From Myxococcota bacterium (GTDB taxonomy: Bacteria > Myxococcota_A > UBA9160 > SZUA-336), in NCBI GenBank assembly GCA_965247115.1, contig CBDFGR010000002.1:1952001-2016000 (forward strand): DNA of 64,000 bases, given 5' to 3'. The notes under the pieces were generated by a model that was not told the origin of the DNA, ran no database searches, and saw only the letters and a list, made by a program, of their open reading frames with translations. The translations under genes and the position numbers were made by a program. This document shows, piece by piece, positions 20,486 to 30,918 of the stretch. Each line of letters starts with the position of its first letter. Position 1 is the first letter of the stretch.

Positions 20486-20555
20486 CGGACCCCCTTTTCA
20501 GACCCAACCGAATACTACGCTGCTTGGGGTATGCCTACGTGGACCGGCGCGAGCT

Positions 20556-21329
20556 CTAGCCTCGTGAGTCGAGGTATGCGTCTATCAGCTCGATCAGGCG
20601 CTCTCGCCCGAAGCTCGTGTCGTGACCGGCGTGCACTACGGACACGGGCAACTCCCGCAGTCGCTTCATGGTCCGGATGTAGTCCGCGATGTCGCTGTCT
20701 GGCAGGTTGTCGAGCAGTGGTCCGTCGTAGACGGCGTCTCCAGAGAAGAGGATCCCGCTCGCTGCCTCCCAGAGCCCGAGACTTCCCGGGGAGTGGCCGG
20801 GTAGGTGCAGCACCTCGAAGCTCCGGTCGCCGAGGTCGACAACGTCCCCCTCGTCGAGGGAGCGCGTCGGCGTCGCAGGGATCGTCTCGAAGTCGGCGGG
20901 GTCGTACCCCGCGTGCGGCAGCGCGTCGATCAACATGTCCTGCTCGATCGGATAGCCGGCGTCTGCGAGCTGCTCGAGGATGAAGTCCGGAAATAGCGAG
21001 GTCACGAGCGGGTTGAACTCGTCGTACGGGTTCATGCGAGGCGCCTCTATGCGGTGCATCCAGCGCTCCTCGAACTCGTGCAGACCGCCGACGTGGTCGT
21101 AGTGGATGTGTGTCGCGACGGCGGCGAGCGGCTTCTCGATCAGGTCCGCGATCTCGCTTCGCAGGGGGGCGACCCCGAGCCCGGTATCGACCAGGAGGTC
21201 CCGGTCGCGACCGCGCAGGTGCCAGATGTTGCAGCGGAGCAGCGGATGCACGTGCGGCTCCCAGAGTAGCGTGAGTCCGTCATCCATCGTCTTCCGCTCA
21301 AACCAGCGGCTCGCCACACGCAGCATCAT
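20556..21329 (-). CDS. MBL-fold metallo-hydrolase
   Basis: THIHYDHVGG, PGHSPGS, FSGDAVYD and HAGH motifs. Confidence 0.9.
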   Translation of the reverse strand: MMLRVASRWFERKTMDDGLTLLWEPHVHPLLRCNIWHLRGRDRDLLVDTGLGVAPLRSEIADLIEKPLAAVATHIHYDHVGGLHEFEERWMHRIEAPRMNPYDEFNPLVTSLFPDFILEQLADAGYPIEQDMLIDALPHAGYDPADFETIPATPTRSLDEGDVVDLGDRSFEVLHLPGHSPGSLGLWEAASGILFSGDAVYDGPLLDNLPDSDIADYIRTMKRLRELPVSVVHAGHDTSFGRERLIELIDAYLDSRG

Positions 21330-21611
21330 CTACTCGACGACCACGCCCCTCCAGAAGGCGACGTGATCCTTGATCTGTGCGGCCGCGTCCTTCGGATCGG
21401 GATAGAACCAGGCCGCGTCCTCGTTGCGCTCGTCGCCCCGTTCGAGCGAATAGTAGCTCGCGGTCCCTTTCCACGGACAGACGCTTGTCGTCTCGCTCGG
21501 CACCAGGAACTGCTTCTTCACTGCCTCCGGCGGGAAGTAGTGGTTCCCTTCGACTACCACGGTCCGATCGCTCTCGGCGACGACGACGTCGTTCCAGATG
21601 GCTCTCGACAT
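21330..21611 (-). CDS. DUF427 domain protein (short form)
   Basis: VEGNHYFP, CPWKGTASYY and AAWFYPDP motifs. Confidence 0.9.
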   Translation of the reverse strand: MSRAIWNDVVVAESDRTVVVEGNHYFPPEAVKKQFLVPSETTSVCPWKGTASYYSLERGDERNEDAAWFYPDPKDAAAQIKDHVAFWRGVVVE

Positions 21612-21739
21612 TGTGCTCCTCCGCAGACGGTTCTATCGCACGCAGGAATGGAGTACAACGCTCCTTCGAGCGGACCTAGGCTCGGCCGAGCTGGTACGAT
21701 CTTCGCGCGATCGGACGCTCGACGCTGAAGAGGCACGCC

Positions 21740-24277
21740 GTGCAGGCCCTGGATGACGTAGTTGTATTGGATCTGACGCAGCACATCGCAGGGCCTTACG
21801 CCACCAGGCTGCTCGCGGACCTGGGGGCCGACGTGATCAAGGTCGAGCCGTCCCGGGGGGACCTGTCCCGGCAGCTCGGTCCGTTCGCAAAGGACGAGCC
21901 GCACCCGGAGAAGAGCGGGCTCTTCTTCTATCTGAACTGCAACAAACGCTCGGTCGCGCTGGATCTGAAGACCGAGGCAGGACGCCGCGATCTGCTGGCG
22001 CTGGCCGCGCGCGCCGACCTGGTCGTGGAGAGCTTTGCACCCGGCACACTCGACGGGCTCGGATTGGGCTGGGAAGAGCTGCGGCGCCTCCGCTCGGATC
22101 TGTCGCTGGTGTCGATCTCGAACTTCGGACAGGACGGCCCGTACCGCGACTACAAGCTGACGGACCTCGTGCTATACGGTTTTGCGGGGGAGATGTACTC
22201 GATGGGGCTCGGAGACCGCGAGCCCGTGAAGATGGCGGGCACGGCGGCTCTCATCGAGTCCGGCTCGGCGTCCGCCACCGCCGCCCTCGGTGCTCTGTTC
22301 TCTTCGCGGCGCCACGGAGTCGGGCAACACGTGGACGTCTCCCTGGCCGAGACCCACCTTGGCGGCTGCGATCGTCGCCACGCGACCACGACCGCCTACC
22401 AGTTCAGCGGTCGGCGCACACAGCGCACGGCAGACAGCGCGATCGGGCTGCCTGGAGGGATCTACGCCTGCGCGGACGGCTACGTGGACTTCACCGCTGC
22501 GGGGTTTCGCCCGGACCGGGTGGTTGATCTGTTGCAGGGTGCCGACTGGCTCGCGGATCCACGCTTCGGCGATCCGGAGGAGCTCATCAAGCCCGAGGTG
22601 AAGGCAGACTGGAACTCGCACTTCAACGAGTGGTGCATGGCGCGCGCGAAGCGCGAGATCTGGGCAGAGGCGCGCCGGGCAAGGGTCCTGTGCGGGCCGC
22701 TCTTTACCATGCAGGACCTGTTCGAAGACGAGCACTTCCTCGGGCGCGGCTACTGGGCGAGCATCGAGCACCCCGAGCTCGGGCGCGTAACGCTGCCGGG
22801 CAGGCCGTTTCGGCTGGCGAGCGGAGGCTGGGAGCTGCGGCGCCCGGCTCCCCTGCTGGGCCAGCACACGGAGGAGGTGCTGGACGAGCTCGCTCGCAGT
22901 CCGGCTCCGAGAGCTCCGGCACCTCGACCCGCAGTCCGTCGAGCGAGCGGCGAAGCGCCGCGTCCGCTCGAGGGTATACGCGTGCTCGACTTCTGCGTTG
23001 CCTGGGCGGGGCCGTTCGCGACCATGCTGCTGGCCGACTTGGGAGCAGAAGTGATCAAGCCCGAGAACCAGTTCGTGTGGCAGCCGATGACGCGCGGCGG
23101 CTCGGCTCGTCCCGCAAAGCAGATGCTGCGCCACGCGAACGCCTGGGGAGGCGGCTATCCGAACAACGAGCCAGGTGAGCGGCCCTGGAACTACAGTCCC
23201 ACGTTCGTCTCGATCTTTCGCAACAAGAAGAGCTTCACCGTCGACCTGCGGCGTCCAGAGGGCCTCGACGTGCTGGCACAGCTGGTCGCTAAGTCCGACG
23301 TGGTGTACGAGAACAATGCCACGGGCACGTTAGACAAGCTCGGCATCAGCTACGACTGGCTGCGCGCGGCCAACCCGTCCATCATCTTCGCGCAGGTCCC
23401 AGGCTACGGGAGCACGGGCGCGTACGCCGAGGCGCGCGCTCTTGGCGTCCACCTGGAAGGCGTCATGGGCCACACTATGCTGCGTGGCTACGAGGACGCC
23501 GATCCGTCGACCACCAGCACGATCTTCTCGGGCGACTACTTTGCGGGCACGCAGGGGGCGCTTGCCGTCATGGCGGCGCTTCGTCACCGGGAGCGTACGG
23601 GCGAGGGTCAGCGGATCGAGATGGCCCAGGCCGAGAATGCCGCTGCGATGTTCACCCAGGCGATCATGGATTACAGCTTGAATGGGCGCGTGCAGCGCAC
23701 AATCGGCAATCGCGATGTCCACGGTCGGTACCCGTGTGGTGTGTATCCTGCGCGCTCCGCAGGAACGTCCGAGACCATGGACGACCACTGGATCACATTA
23801 CACGTCGAGAATGACGAGCAATGGCGCGCTTTCGGAGTCGCGATCGGCAACCCGAAATGGGCCAGGGACCCGCGCTTTGCGAGCAACGAGGGCAGGGCGG
23901 AGCATGCCGCTGAACTCGATGCGGAGCTCGCCGCCTACACTTCTCTGCACGCCGACTACGAGCTGATGACGCGCCTGCAGAGCGCGGGCGTGCCTGCAGC
24001 CCCGGTGCTCGAGGCATCACGCATCTTCGACGATCCGCACCTGCGCGCCCGCGGCTTCTTTCACAAGCAGACCGTCGCGGGCGCCGGCACGCACGACTAC
24101 CCCGGCCCGCTCTGGAAGTTCGGCGCTACACCGGTCGAGTTCCGCCAGCCGCCGGTATGCTTCGGCGAGCACAACGACTACGTGTACCGCGAGCTGCTGG
24201 GCCTGAGTGAGCAGGAGATCGGCAAGCTCACGGCCGCCGGCCACATCGCAGACGAGTACGACGAGAGCGTCCCCTAG
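21740..24277 (+). CDS. Family III (CaiB/BaiF) CoA-transferase with two fused domains
   Basis: Two copies of the signature: AGPYATRLLADLGADVIKVE...NKRS and AGPFATMLLADLGAEVIK...NKKS; ends PLLGQHT and PVCFGEHN. Confidence 0.92.
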   Translation: MQALDDVVVLDLTQHIAGPYATRLLADLGADVIKVEPSRGDLSRQLGPFAKDEPHPEKSGLFFYLNCNKRSVALDLKTEAGRRDLLALAARADLVVESFAPGTLDGLGLGWEELRRLRSDLSLVSISNFGQDGPYRDYKLTDLVLYGFAGEMYSMGLGDREPVKMAGTAALIESGSASATAALGALFSSRRHGVGQHVDVSLAETHLGGCDRRHATTTAYQFSGRRTQRTADSAIGLPGGIYACADGYVDFTAAGFRPDRVVDLLQGADWLADPRFGDPEELIKPEVKADWNSHFNEWCMARAKREIWAEARRARVLCGPLFTMQDLFEDEHFLGRGYWASIEHPELGRVTLPGRPFRLASGGWELRRPAPLLGQHTEEVLDELARSPAPRAPAPRPAVRRASGEAPRPLEGIRVLDFCVAWAGPFATMLLADLGAEVIKPENQFVWQPMTRGGSARPAKQMLRHANAWGGGYPNNEPGERPWNYSPTFVSIFRNKKSFTVDLRRPEGLDVLAQLVAKSDVVYENNATGTLDKLGISYDWLRAANPSIIFAQVPGYGSTGAYAEARALGVHLEGVMGHTMLRGYEDADPSTTSTIFSGDYFAGTQGALAVMAALRHRERTGEGQRIEMAQAENAAAMFTQAIMDYSLNGRVQRTIGNRDVHGRYPCGVYPARSAGTSETMDDHWITLHVENDEQWRAFGVAIGNPKWARDPRFASNEGRAEHAAELDAELAAYTSLHADYELMTRLQSAGVPAAPVLEASRIFDDPHLRARGFFHKQTVAGAGTHDYPGPLWKFGATPVEFRQPPVCFGEHNDYVYRELLGLSEQEIGKLTAAGHIADEYDESVP

Positions 24278-24406
24278 CGAGCTCTGGTCAAGCGACGGCG
24301 CCTCGATCCCGAAGGTGACAAGAGGCGAGGGGTGCGCCGCCACGAACTCTCGCCTCCACAGGCGGCCAAGTACGCAGGCGGCGGCTAGCTCGGTGGGAGG
24401 ACGCAG

Positions 24407-25006
24407 ATGCTGAGACGACCCTGGCGACTGGTTCATCCGTTCCAGCGCAGATACGCAGCCTGGATCGGGGCGATCCTCTTTTCCTACTCGATCGTGGTCT
24501 TTGGCCTGGCCCTCATGGCGCCCTACATCGTCCCTGCGTTCAAGCTGTCCTCGTCGCTACCTCTGGAGGCGCGTCTGCATGCTGCCGACCAGTTCCTGTT
24601 CCTGGCCGAGACCCTGTGGCCGGCGCTGCTGGGCCTGATCCTGGGCTCGGTCGTTTTCGCGGTATTCGTCACCAATCGCCTCGCAGGACCCCTGTACCGA
24701 CTCCATCAGTTCGTTCAGCAAGTCGAGGCTGGAGATCTCTCCCAGCGGGTGTCGCTGCGCAAGGGCGACGAGCTGCTCGATCTGGCGCAGCACATAAACG
24801 CATGCGTGAATCGTTTCGACACGACCTTGCTGGAGATTCGAACGCGCGCGGGGCAGATCCAGGAGGGCCTGCAACAGGCTGTCTCGGCCCTGCAGGCGCA
24901 AGACGGATCGCCACCCGCCTGGCTCCCGTCCCTCGAGGCCGCGCAGAAGGACGCGAGCAGCGTGGAGGAACTTCTCTCCGTCGTCCAGCTCTCGGAATCC
25001 CGCTAG
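24407..25006 (+). CDS. Two-TM HAMP domain membrane protein
   Basis: Two hydrophobic helices, then NRLAGPLYRL...GDLSQRVSLRKGDEL and a coiled-coil tail. Confidence 0.75.
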   Translation: MLRRPWRLVHPFQRRYAAWIGAILFSYSIVVFGLALMAPYIVPAFKLSSSLPLEARLHAADQFLFLAETLWPALLGLILGSVVFAVFVTNRLAGPLYRLHQFVQQVEAGDLSQRVSLRKGDELLDLAQHINACVNRFDTTLLEIRTRAGQIQEGLQQAVSALQAQDGSPPAWLPSLEAAQKDASSVEELLSVVQLSESR

Positions 25007-25015
25007 GCGAACACC

Positions 25016-25486
25016 GTGGTGCCGGAGTGCACGAAGGCTCGCCTGCGGAGCGAACGCGGTGTCACCCTCGTAGAGCTCGTCATCGCCGTGGCCGTCATCG
25101 GTGTGCTCGCCACGATGGCGATCGGCGGCTTCGGACGCTTCGTCCGCCAGGCCCGGGGCGTAGAGGGAGAGGCAGCCATGATGGAGGTCTGGAAGCTTCA
25201 GAACGGCTTTCAGCGCGAGCTCGGTCAGTACGCGCCAAACTTCACGTCAATCGGGTATGCCAGGGTCGACCAGCTGAGCTTCTACACGGTTTCCATGGCT
25301 CCGGGAGCACCTGGCTCCGGAGTGGCCTACGACGCGACCGCCGCTCCCATGCCTGGCTGGGACCTCCGCACCTGGAATCTCACGCAGTACCAGGATGGCG
25401 ACTGGATGCTGACACACTCCGGCGACCCAGGCACTGCGGTCGCCGGCAACAGAGGTAGGGGTAGCGGAAGGGGTAACAGAAGGTAG
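25016..25486 (+). CDS. Type IV pilin/pseudopilin (PilE-like)
   Basis: Prepilin motif ERG|VTLVELVIAVAVIGVLA with Glu5. Confidence 0.85.
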   Translation: MVPECTKARLRSERGVTLVELVIAVAVIGVLATMAIGGFGRFVRQARGVEGEAAMMEVWKLQNGFQRELGQYAPNFTSIGYARVDQLSFYTVSMAPGAPGSGVAYDATAAPMPGWDLRTWNLTQYQDGDWMLTHSGDPGTAVAGNRGRGSGRGNRR

Positions 25487-25597
25487 CTGCGGCGATCTCC
25501 TCGGCCTCCGACTGGACTTCGGCTCTCGCCTGGGCGTCTAATGGCAGCCTGAGGGGAAGAGGAACCCGAGTCCGCAACGCCCGAAGGAGGATCGCTG

Positions 25598-26668
25598 ATG
25601 CACATCGGGATGGCTTCGATCTGCCAGAACCCTGAGAACTCGCGCCCGGACGGCGAGGTGTACCGAAACGAGCTCGCGCTGGCGGATCTTGCCGAGCCGC
25701 TCGGCTTCGAATCCCTGTGGAGCGTCGAGCACCACTTCACGGACTACACGATGGTGCCGGACGTGCTGCAATTCCTGACGTACATGGCCGGCCGCACGAG
25801 CACGATCAAGCTCGGCTCGATGGTCGTCGTGCTGCCCTGGCACGACCCGGTGCGCGTCGCCGAGCAGGTCTCGATGCTGGACCATGTCTCCGGTGGTCGC
25901 CTCATCCTGGGTCTGGGTCGCGGGGCGGGCCGGACCGAGTTCGAGGGTTTTCGGATTCCGATGAGCGAGTCGCGGGAGCGCTTCATCGAAGCAGCCCAGC
26001 TCGTGCTGAATGGCCTGGAAGAGGGCTACGTCGAGTTTGATGGTCAGCACTACCAGCAGCCGCGCAAGGACGTCCGTCCCAAGCCCGAGCGAACCTTCCG
26101 CGGTCGCACTTACGCTGCGGCGGTCTCCCCGGAGTCCGTAGAGATCATGGCAAAGCTCGGCCTCGGGATCCTGGTCATCCCCCAGAAGCCCTGGGACGTC
26201 ATCGACCAGGAGCTCACCAGCTACCGCAGCGTCTACCAGGACGTGAACGGCGTGCCTGCCCCGGCGCCGATCATTGCGGGCTGGGTCTGTTGCGATGAGG
26301 ACGAGGCGACGGCACGTGAGAGGGCCGTGCGCTGGATCGGTCGCTACTGGCAAACTGCCGTCAAGCACTATGAGATCGGAGGAGACCACTTCGCGAAGGA
26401 GAAGGGCTACGAGTTCTACGCGCAGATGTCCCAGGCCACTCAGGCTGCAGCCGGTGGTCCCGACCAGATGTTGGAGATGTACCTCGACCTGCAGGTCTGG
26501 GGCACGCCCAAGATGTGCGTCGAGCGCATTCGTCGCACGTGTGAGCGCATGCGGGCCGAGACGTTCACTGGCGTGTTCAGCTACGCCGGCATGCCGTACG
26601 CCGAAGCGGAGAAGAATCTGCGGCTGTTCGCCAGCCAGTGCCTGCCCGAGCTCAATAGCGACAGCTGA
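25598..26668 (+). CDS. LLM-class (luciferase-like) flavin-dependent oxidoreductase
   Basis: AEPLGFESLWSVEHHF, PVRVAEQ..LDHVSGGR.LGLGRG and WGTP motifs. Confidence 0.92.
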   Translation: MHIGMASICQNPENSRPDGEVYRNELALADLAEPLGFESLWSVEHHFTDYTMVPDVLQFLTYMAGRTSTIKLGSMVVVLPWHDPVRVAEQVSMLDHVSGGRLILGLGRGAGRTEFEGFRIPMSESRERFIEAAQLVLNGLEEGYVEFDGQHYQQPRKDVRPKPERTFRGRTYAAAVSPESVEIMAKLGLGILVIPQKPWDVIDQELTSYRSVYQDVNGVPAPAPIIAGWVCCDEDEATARERAVRWIGRYWQTAVKHYEIGGDHFAKEKGYEFYAQMSQATQAAAGGPDQMLEMYLDLQVWGTPKMCVERIRRTCERMRAETFTGVFSYAGMPYAEAEKNLRLFASQCLPELNSDS

Positions 26669-26763
26669 GCAGTGTCCAGCGCGGCGGAAGGGTCAGCCCC
26701 CAGCTCTGCGTGATGCCGCAGCCTGACGAAGACTGACCCCCGCGGGTCCGGCGCGCTGGACTC

Positions 26764-27543
26764 TCAGTCGAGAACGCCCTGGTTCATCTCCCCGCCGTCG
26801 AAGACGATGGTGGTGGCGGTGCAGAAGCGCCCCGCCTCGCCCGACAGCAGCACGGCCAGGCCGGCGATGTCCTCGGGCTCGCCGATGCGAGCGATCGGAT
26901 TGTACTTCGCCAGCGTCTCGGGATTCTTGTCGAATATCTCGACGAGGCCGGCCGCCATCTCGGTGCGCACGAGCCCTGGCGCGATGCACACGACGCGGAT
27001 CCCCTCCTTGCCCCACTCCTTGGCCAGCACGATCGTGAGGTTGCTGAGTGCCGCCTTGGATGGGGGGTAGACGCCCATGCCTATGGAGCCGATCGCGAAC
27101 TCGTTCGACGCGATGTTGAGGATCACGCCGCTTCCGCGCTTCTTCATCGCGGGGTGGCAGAGCTGCGCGAGACGCAGCGGCCCCCACACGTTTGTCCTCA
27201 TGGTCCTGTCGAACTGTTCCTCGTCGAGATCGGGTGCCCTCTCCAAGCCGCCGAAGGCGGCATTGTTGACGAGAATGTCCACGTCCCCGAGCTGTGCGAC
27301 GGTCTCTCCGTGCAGACGCTCGAGGTCCGCGGTCACACTCACGTCGGTGGGAAGGGCGAGCACGCGACGGCCACGCGCTTCGATCTCCTTCGCGGTCTGT
27401 TCCAGCGCTTCCTTTCCGCGCGCGGCGATGGCGACGTCCGCGCCCTTCTCCGCGTAGGCGATCGCGATCGCGCGGCCGATCCCTTTCGAGCCGCCGGTCA
27501 CGATGGCCACCTTGCCCTCCAGCGAGAGGTCGAGCATGGTCAT
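26764..27543 (-). CDS. Short-chain dehydrogenase/reductase
   Basis: TGGSKGIG, NNAA, YPPSK and FDGG motifs. Confidence 0.92.
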   Translation of the reverse strand: MTMLDLSLEGKVAIVTGGSKGIGRAIAIAYAEKGADVAIAARGKEALEQTAKEIEARGRRVLALPTDVSVTADLERLHGETVAQLGDVDILVNNAAFGGLERAPDLDEEQFDRTMRTNVWGPLRLAQLCHPAMKKRGSGVILNIASNEFAIGSIGMGVYPPSKAALSNLTIVLAKEWGKEGIRVVCIAPGLVRTEMAAGLVEIFDKNPETLAKYNPIARIGEPEDIAGLAVLLSGEAGRFCTATTIVFDGGEMNQGVLD

Positions 27544-27552
27544 GTCATTCTC

Positions 27553-28959
27553 CTAGTTTGGTGCGCTCTCCGCCTTTGATTCGAGCTCGTCGAGCTGCTT
27601 GTAGGTCGCGTCGAGTGCTTCCGTCAGGATCCCGATGATCTCGTCGAGCTGGGCGACGGTCGTCACCAGCGGCGGCACCACCTCGATGCAGGACCCGCCG
27701 CCGCGCGTGTAGAGCCCCCGGCTGACGCAGTTCTCGCCCGCCGCGGTGATGACGGGGCTGCCGGTCGGGAAGGGCTCGCGTCGCGCCTTGTCTCGAACGA
27801 GCTCCACGGCGCCGATCATCCCGACGGATCGGCCCTCCCCCACCAGGGGATGGCTCTCGAGCTCCTTGAGTCTGGCGTTCAGATGTGGCCCGGTCTCGGT
27901 GCCCACCTGCTCGACGATGCCCTCGCTCTCGAGGATCTCGATGTTCTTCAGCGCGGCGTTGCAGCCGGCGGGATGGCCGCACTGCGTGAAGCCGTGCATG
28001 AAGAAGTCGCCTTCCTGGAACGCCTCGTCCACCCGCCCGCTGATCGCCGTCGCGCCAAGGGGCATGTAAGCCGAGGTGATGCCCTTGGCCATGGACATGA
28101 TGTCCGCGGTGAAGTCGAAGGTCTGCTGAGCGAACCAGCTACCGGTTCTGCCAAAGCCACAGACCACCTCGTCGGCGATCAGCAGCACGTCGTGCTCGTT
28201 GCAGATCCTGCGGATCTCCTGCCAGTAGCCCGGAGGCGGTGCGACGCAGCCCCCACCGAAGAGCAAGGGCTCGCCGATGAATGCGGCAATGTTGTCGGCG
28301 CCGACTTCCTTGATCTTGGCCTCGAGCTCCCCCGCGATCCGCACGCCGTAGGCCTCTGGCGACTCGCCCTCGTCTCGGTAGTAGGGGAAGGGCGCCGAGA
28401 TGCGCTCCACATCGTTATCGAGAGGCAGGCCGAAGGCCTCGTGCATCCCAGGGAGATCCGAGAGGGCGGCGGTGAAGAGGGTCCCGCCGTGATAGGCGCG
28501 AGTGCGGCTCACGATCTTCTTCTTCTTCGGCTTGTCCTGAACGTGCCAGAAGTAGCGGGCGAGCTTGACGGCGCTCTCTACCGCTTCGGAGCCGGAGGAG
28601 GCGAAGAAGACGCGGCTGTAGGCGCTCGGCAGCTTCTCGACGACCTTCTCCGCCAGCCGAGCTGCGTAGGGGTGGGTGACGCGGCCGATCGTCAACCCGT
28701 AGGGCAGCGCGACCAGGGCTTCGTGGGCGGCGTCGGCGATCTCGCGACGCCCGTAGCCGATGTTCACACAGCCCAGACCCGACAGGCCGTCGATCACCCG
28801 TGTGCCGTCGGCGTAGTAGAGGTAGATGTTGTCGGCGGAGACGAAGGTGTCCTTCGGTCCGAGGTGCAGATCCTTTGGCACGCTGAAGCTGTGCAGGTGG
28901 AACTTGCGATCGGCCTCGACGACGCTCTTGGCTTCGCTCTCGCTCAATGCCGTTGCCAT
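27553..28959 (-). CDS. Class III (omega-amine-type) aminotransferase
   Basis: SGSEAVE, YHG, ADEVVCGFGRTG, MAKGITS and HGFT motifs. Confidence 0.92.
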   Translation of the reverse strand: MATALSESEAKSVVEADRKFHLHSFSVPKDLHLGPKDTFVSADNIYLYYADGTRVIDGLSGLGCVNIGYGRREIADAAHEALVALPYGLTIGRVTHPYAARLAEKVVEKLPSAYSRVFFASSGSEAVESAVKLARYFWHVQDKPKKKKIVSRTRAYHGGTLFTAALSDLPGMHEAFGLPLDNDVERISAPFPYYRDEGESPEAYGVRIAGELEAKIKEVGADNIAAFIGEPLLFGGGCVAPPPGYWQEIRRICNEHDVLLIADEVVCGFGRTGSWFAQQTFDFTADIMSMAKGITSAYMPLGATAISGRVDEAFQEGDFFMHGFTQCGHPAGCNAALKNIEILESEGIVEQVGTETGPHLNARLKELESHPLVGEGRSVGMIGAVELVRDKARREPFPTGSPVITAAGENCVSRGLYTRGGGSCIEVVPPLVTTVAQLDEIIGILTEALDATYKQLDELESKAESAPN

Positions 28960-29034
28960 GCTGGCTCTCCTTTGCAGAACCGCGGATGGCTGATCCGGGT
29001 CCCGGGAATGTGACCTAGTATAGACTCCCCTGGG

Positions 29035-29481
29035 TTATTCGGGGACAGCGTAGAAGAACAGGAACGGGTCGTCGCTCAGCGCCTCGAACCCGATGCGGGT
29101 CGAGGGCGCGATGAAGAAGAAGTCGCCGGCGCTCACGTCGTAGTTTTGGGGCGAGGTGAACGGTGGGGCGGCGGCCGAGACCCTTCCCCTGCCACTGATG
29201 ACGTACACGACCTCGGGGTACCAGTACGTCCAGTTGGCGAGCTTGGTCTTGCCCTTTTCGAAGCGAGCGATTCCTCCCCCCATACCGGGGACAGCCATGA
29301 TCCCTGCGACGTTGGCATTGCCGTCGGGGGTCTCGAGGGTTGTAAAATCCTTCTCCATCGCGGAGAAGATCTTCAAGGGGCCCTCGTGGGAGTCGGCCCG
29401 TGCCGTGTCTCCCAGGGACAGCGCGCAGGCGATTGCCAGCGCTCCCACTAGCAGGCGGTGCATCTGAGTTGCTCTCATCAC
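29035..29481 (-). CDS. Exported cupin-domain protein (EutQ-like)
   Basis: Signal peptide ending TARA; WTYWYPEVVYVISG and AGDFFFI cupin motifs. Confidence 0.7.
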   Translation of the reverse strand: MMRATQMHRLLVGALAIACALSLGDTARADSHEGPLKIFSAMEKDFTTLETPDGNANVAGIMAVPGMGGGIARFEKGKTKLANWTYWYPEVVYVISGRGRVSAAAPPFTSPQNYDVSAGDFFFIAPSTRIGFEALSDDPFLFFYAVPE

Positions 29482-29658
29482 GTCGCTTCCTCCTTGTTCC
29501 CGCGCTTCAGCCCAGGCGAGACTTATATCCGTAGACGCAGCCTATATACGATCCGTCCTGACCCATACAAGCGGCGGGTGGGCGTTAATCGGAGATGCGC
29601 AGGATGGCGCAAAGGGCCTTGTATCCGCGCAGTTTACCACTGTATGATCGGGAGCGAT

Positions 29659-30903
29659 ATGAATCGAAACTTGACCATCCTTGGAACGATCCTGACCTTG
29701 GCGCTTCTCCCTTTGGGGCACGCCGGAGCCCAGCAGGCGGCTTCGGGTGAGATGACGAGTTCCATAGGGGCCGCGGGGCCGCATCGGGTGTGGCTCACCG
29801 ACGCCTTCCTTTGGACCCGCTCCGCTCTCATGGACGGCGACACCGGGGACCAGTTTGGCGTGCTCAGCGGGGGTGCCAAGTTCGGCCACATCGTGCCTGT
29901 CTTCTCGCATGACGGCGACGAGATCTACCTGCCGCAGACGCACTTCTCGCGCACCTGGCGGGGTGAGCGCACCGACTTCGTGGCGGTCTACGACGGGCGC
30001 ACGTTCGGAGACCGGGCCGAGATCGTAGTTCCAACAAAGATCGCGCACTATCCTCCCCATGGGGCGGGGAGCGTCGCGCTCTCGGATGAGGGGCGCTTCC
30101 TCGCTGTCTTCAACCTGACACCGGCGACCTCCCTGAGTATCGTGGATGTCCGCGCGCGTAGCTTCGTGCGCGAGATCGACACACCGGGCTGCAGCCTGGT
30201 CTATCCTGCTGGCGAGCGGCGCTTCGCGATGGTCTGCGGCGATGGTTCGGTGCTGGTCGTGGCGTTGAGTGAGGACGGCTCGGAAGAGACGTTCCTGCGC
30301 ACTGCGCCGTTCTTCGATCCCGAGGCCGATCCGATCACCGAGAAGGCTGCTCTCTTCCGGGATAGCGTGGTGTTCGTCTCCTACGAGGGGTTCGTGCACC
30401 AGGTGCACGTCGAAGGGGCTCAGCCGGCGGCCGATGAGCCGTGGTCGCTGGTCACCGACGACGAGCGCGAGGATGGCTGGCGCGTTGGCGGGGTCCGGCA
30501 CCTGGCGGTCCACGAGTCGTCGGGCTCGCTCTACGCGCTGATGCACCAGGGCGAGGCTGATTCTCACAAGGACGACGGCACAGAGGTATGGGTCTACGAC
30601 CTGGAGTCCAAGGAGCGGGTGCGGCGAATCGAGGTGAGGAACGCGAATCTGAACAACCTGCGCCAGAGCCTGCAGGTCGAGAGCGGCGGCTTCTACAGGA
30701 ACGCACTGGACTTTCTTCTGACGCGGCTCGCTCCGAACTACGGAGCCAGCATGATCGGCGTCAGCCAGGACGCGGAGCCCGTACTCTTCGTCGTTGGCGT
30801 CGCCTTGCCGCCAGTGATTTCGGTACATGATGCCCTCACTGGCGAGCACCTGCGGGATCTGTCAGAGGCCGGCTTGATCGTGTCATGGCTCGAGGTCCCC
30901 TGA
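29659..30903 (+). CDS. mauB: TTQ amine dehydrogenase large (beta-propeller) subunit
   Basis: Signal peptide; RGERTD, FNLTPATS.SIVD, IDTPGC, LYALMH..HKD.GTEVWV motifs; first gene of mauB-E-D-A; ATG 29659 with GGAG. Confidence 0.9.
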   Translation: MNRNLTILGTILTLALLPLGHAGAQQAASGEMTSSIGAAGPHRVWLTDAFLWTRSALMDGDTGDQFGVLSGGAKFGHIVPVFSHDGDEIYLPQTHFSRTWRGERTDFVAVYDGRTFGDRAEIVVPTKIAHYPPHGAGSVALSDEGRFLAVFNLTPATSLSIVDVRARSFVREIDTPGCSLVYPAGERRFAMVCGDGSVLVVALSEDGSEETFLRTAPFFDPEADPITEKAALFRDSVVFVSYEGFVHQVHVEGAQPAADEPWSLVTDDEREDGWRVGGVRHLAVHESSGSLYALMHQGEADSHKDDGTEVWVYDLESKERVRRIEVRNANLNNLRQSLQVESGGFYRNALDFLLTRLAPNYGASMIGVSQDAEPVLFVVGVALPPVISVHDALTGEHLRDLSEAGLIVSWLEVP

Positions 30904-30918
30904 GGCGCGAGGAAGGCC

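Noticed and set aside
29458..29658. Long N-terminal extensions in the ORF track (also 13203-13367, 31305-31451, 52047-52160, 42316-43317)
   Set aside because: Downstream starts have an RBS, signal peptide or stop-start coupling, and most extensions overlap neighbouring genes.
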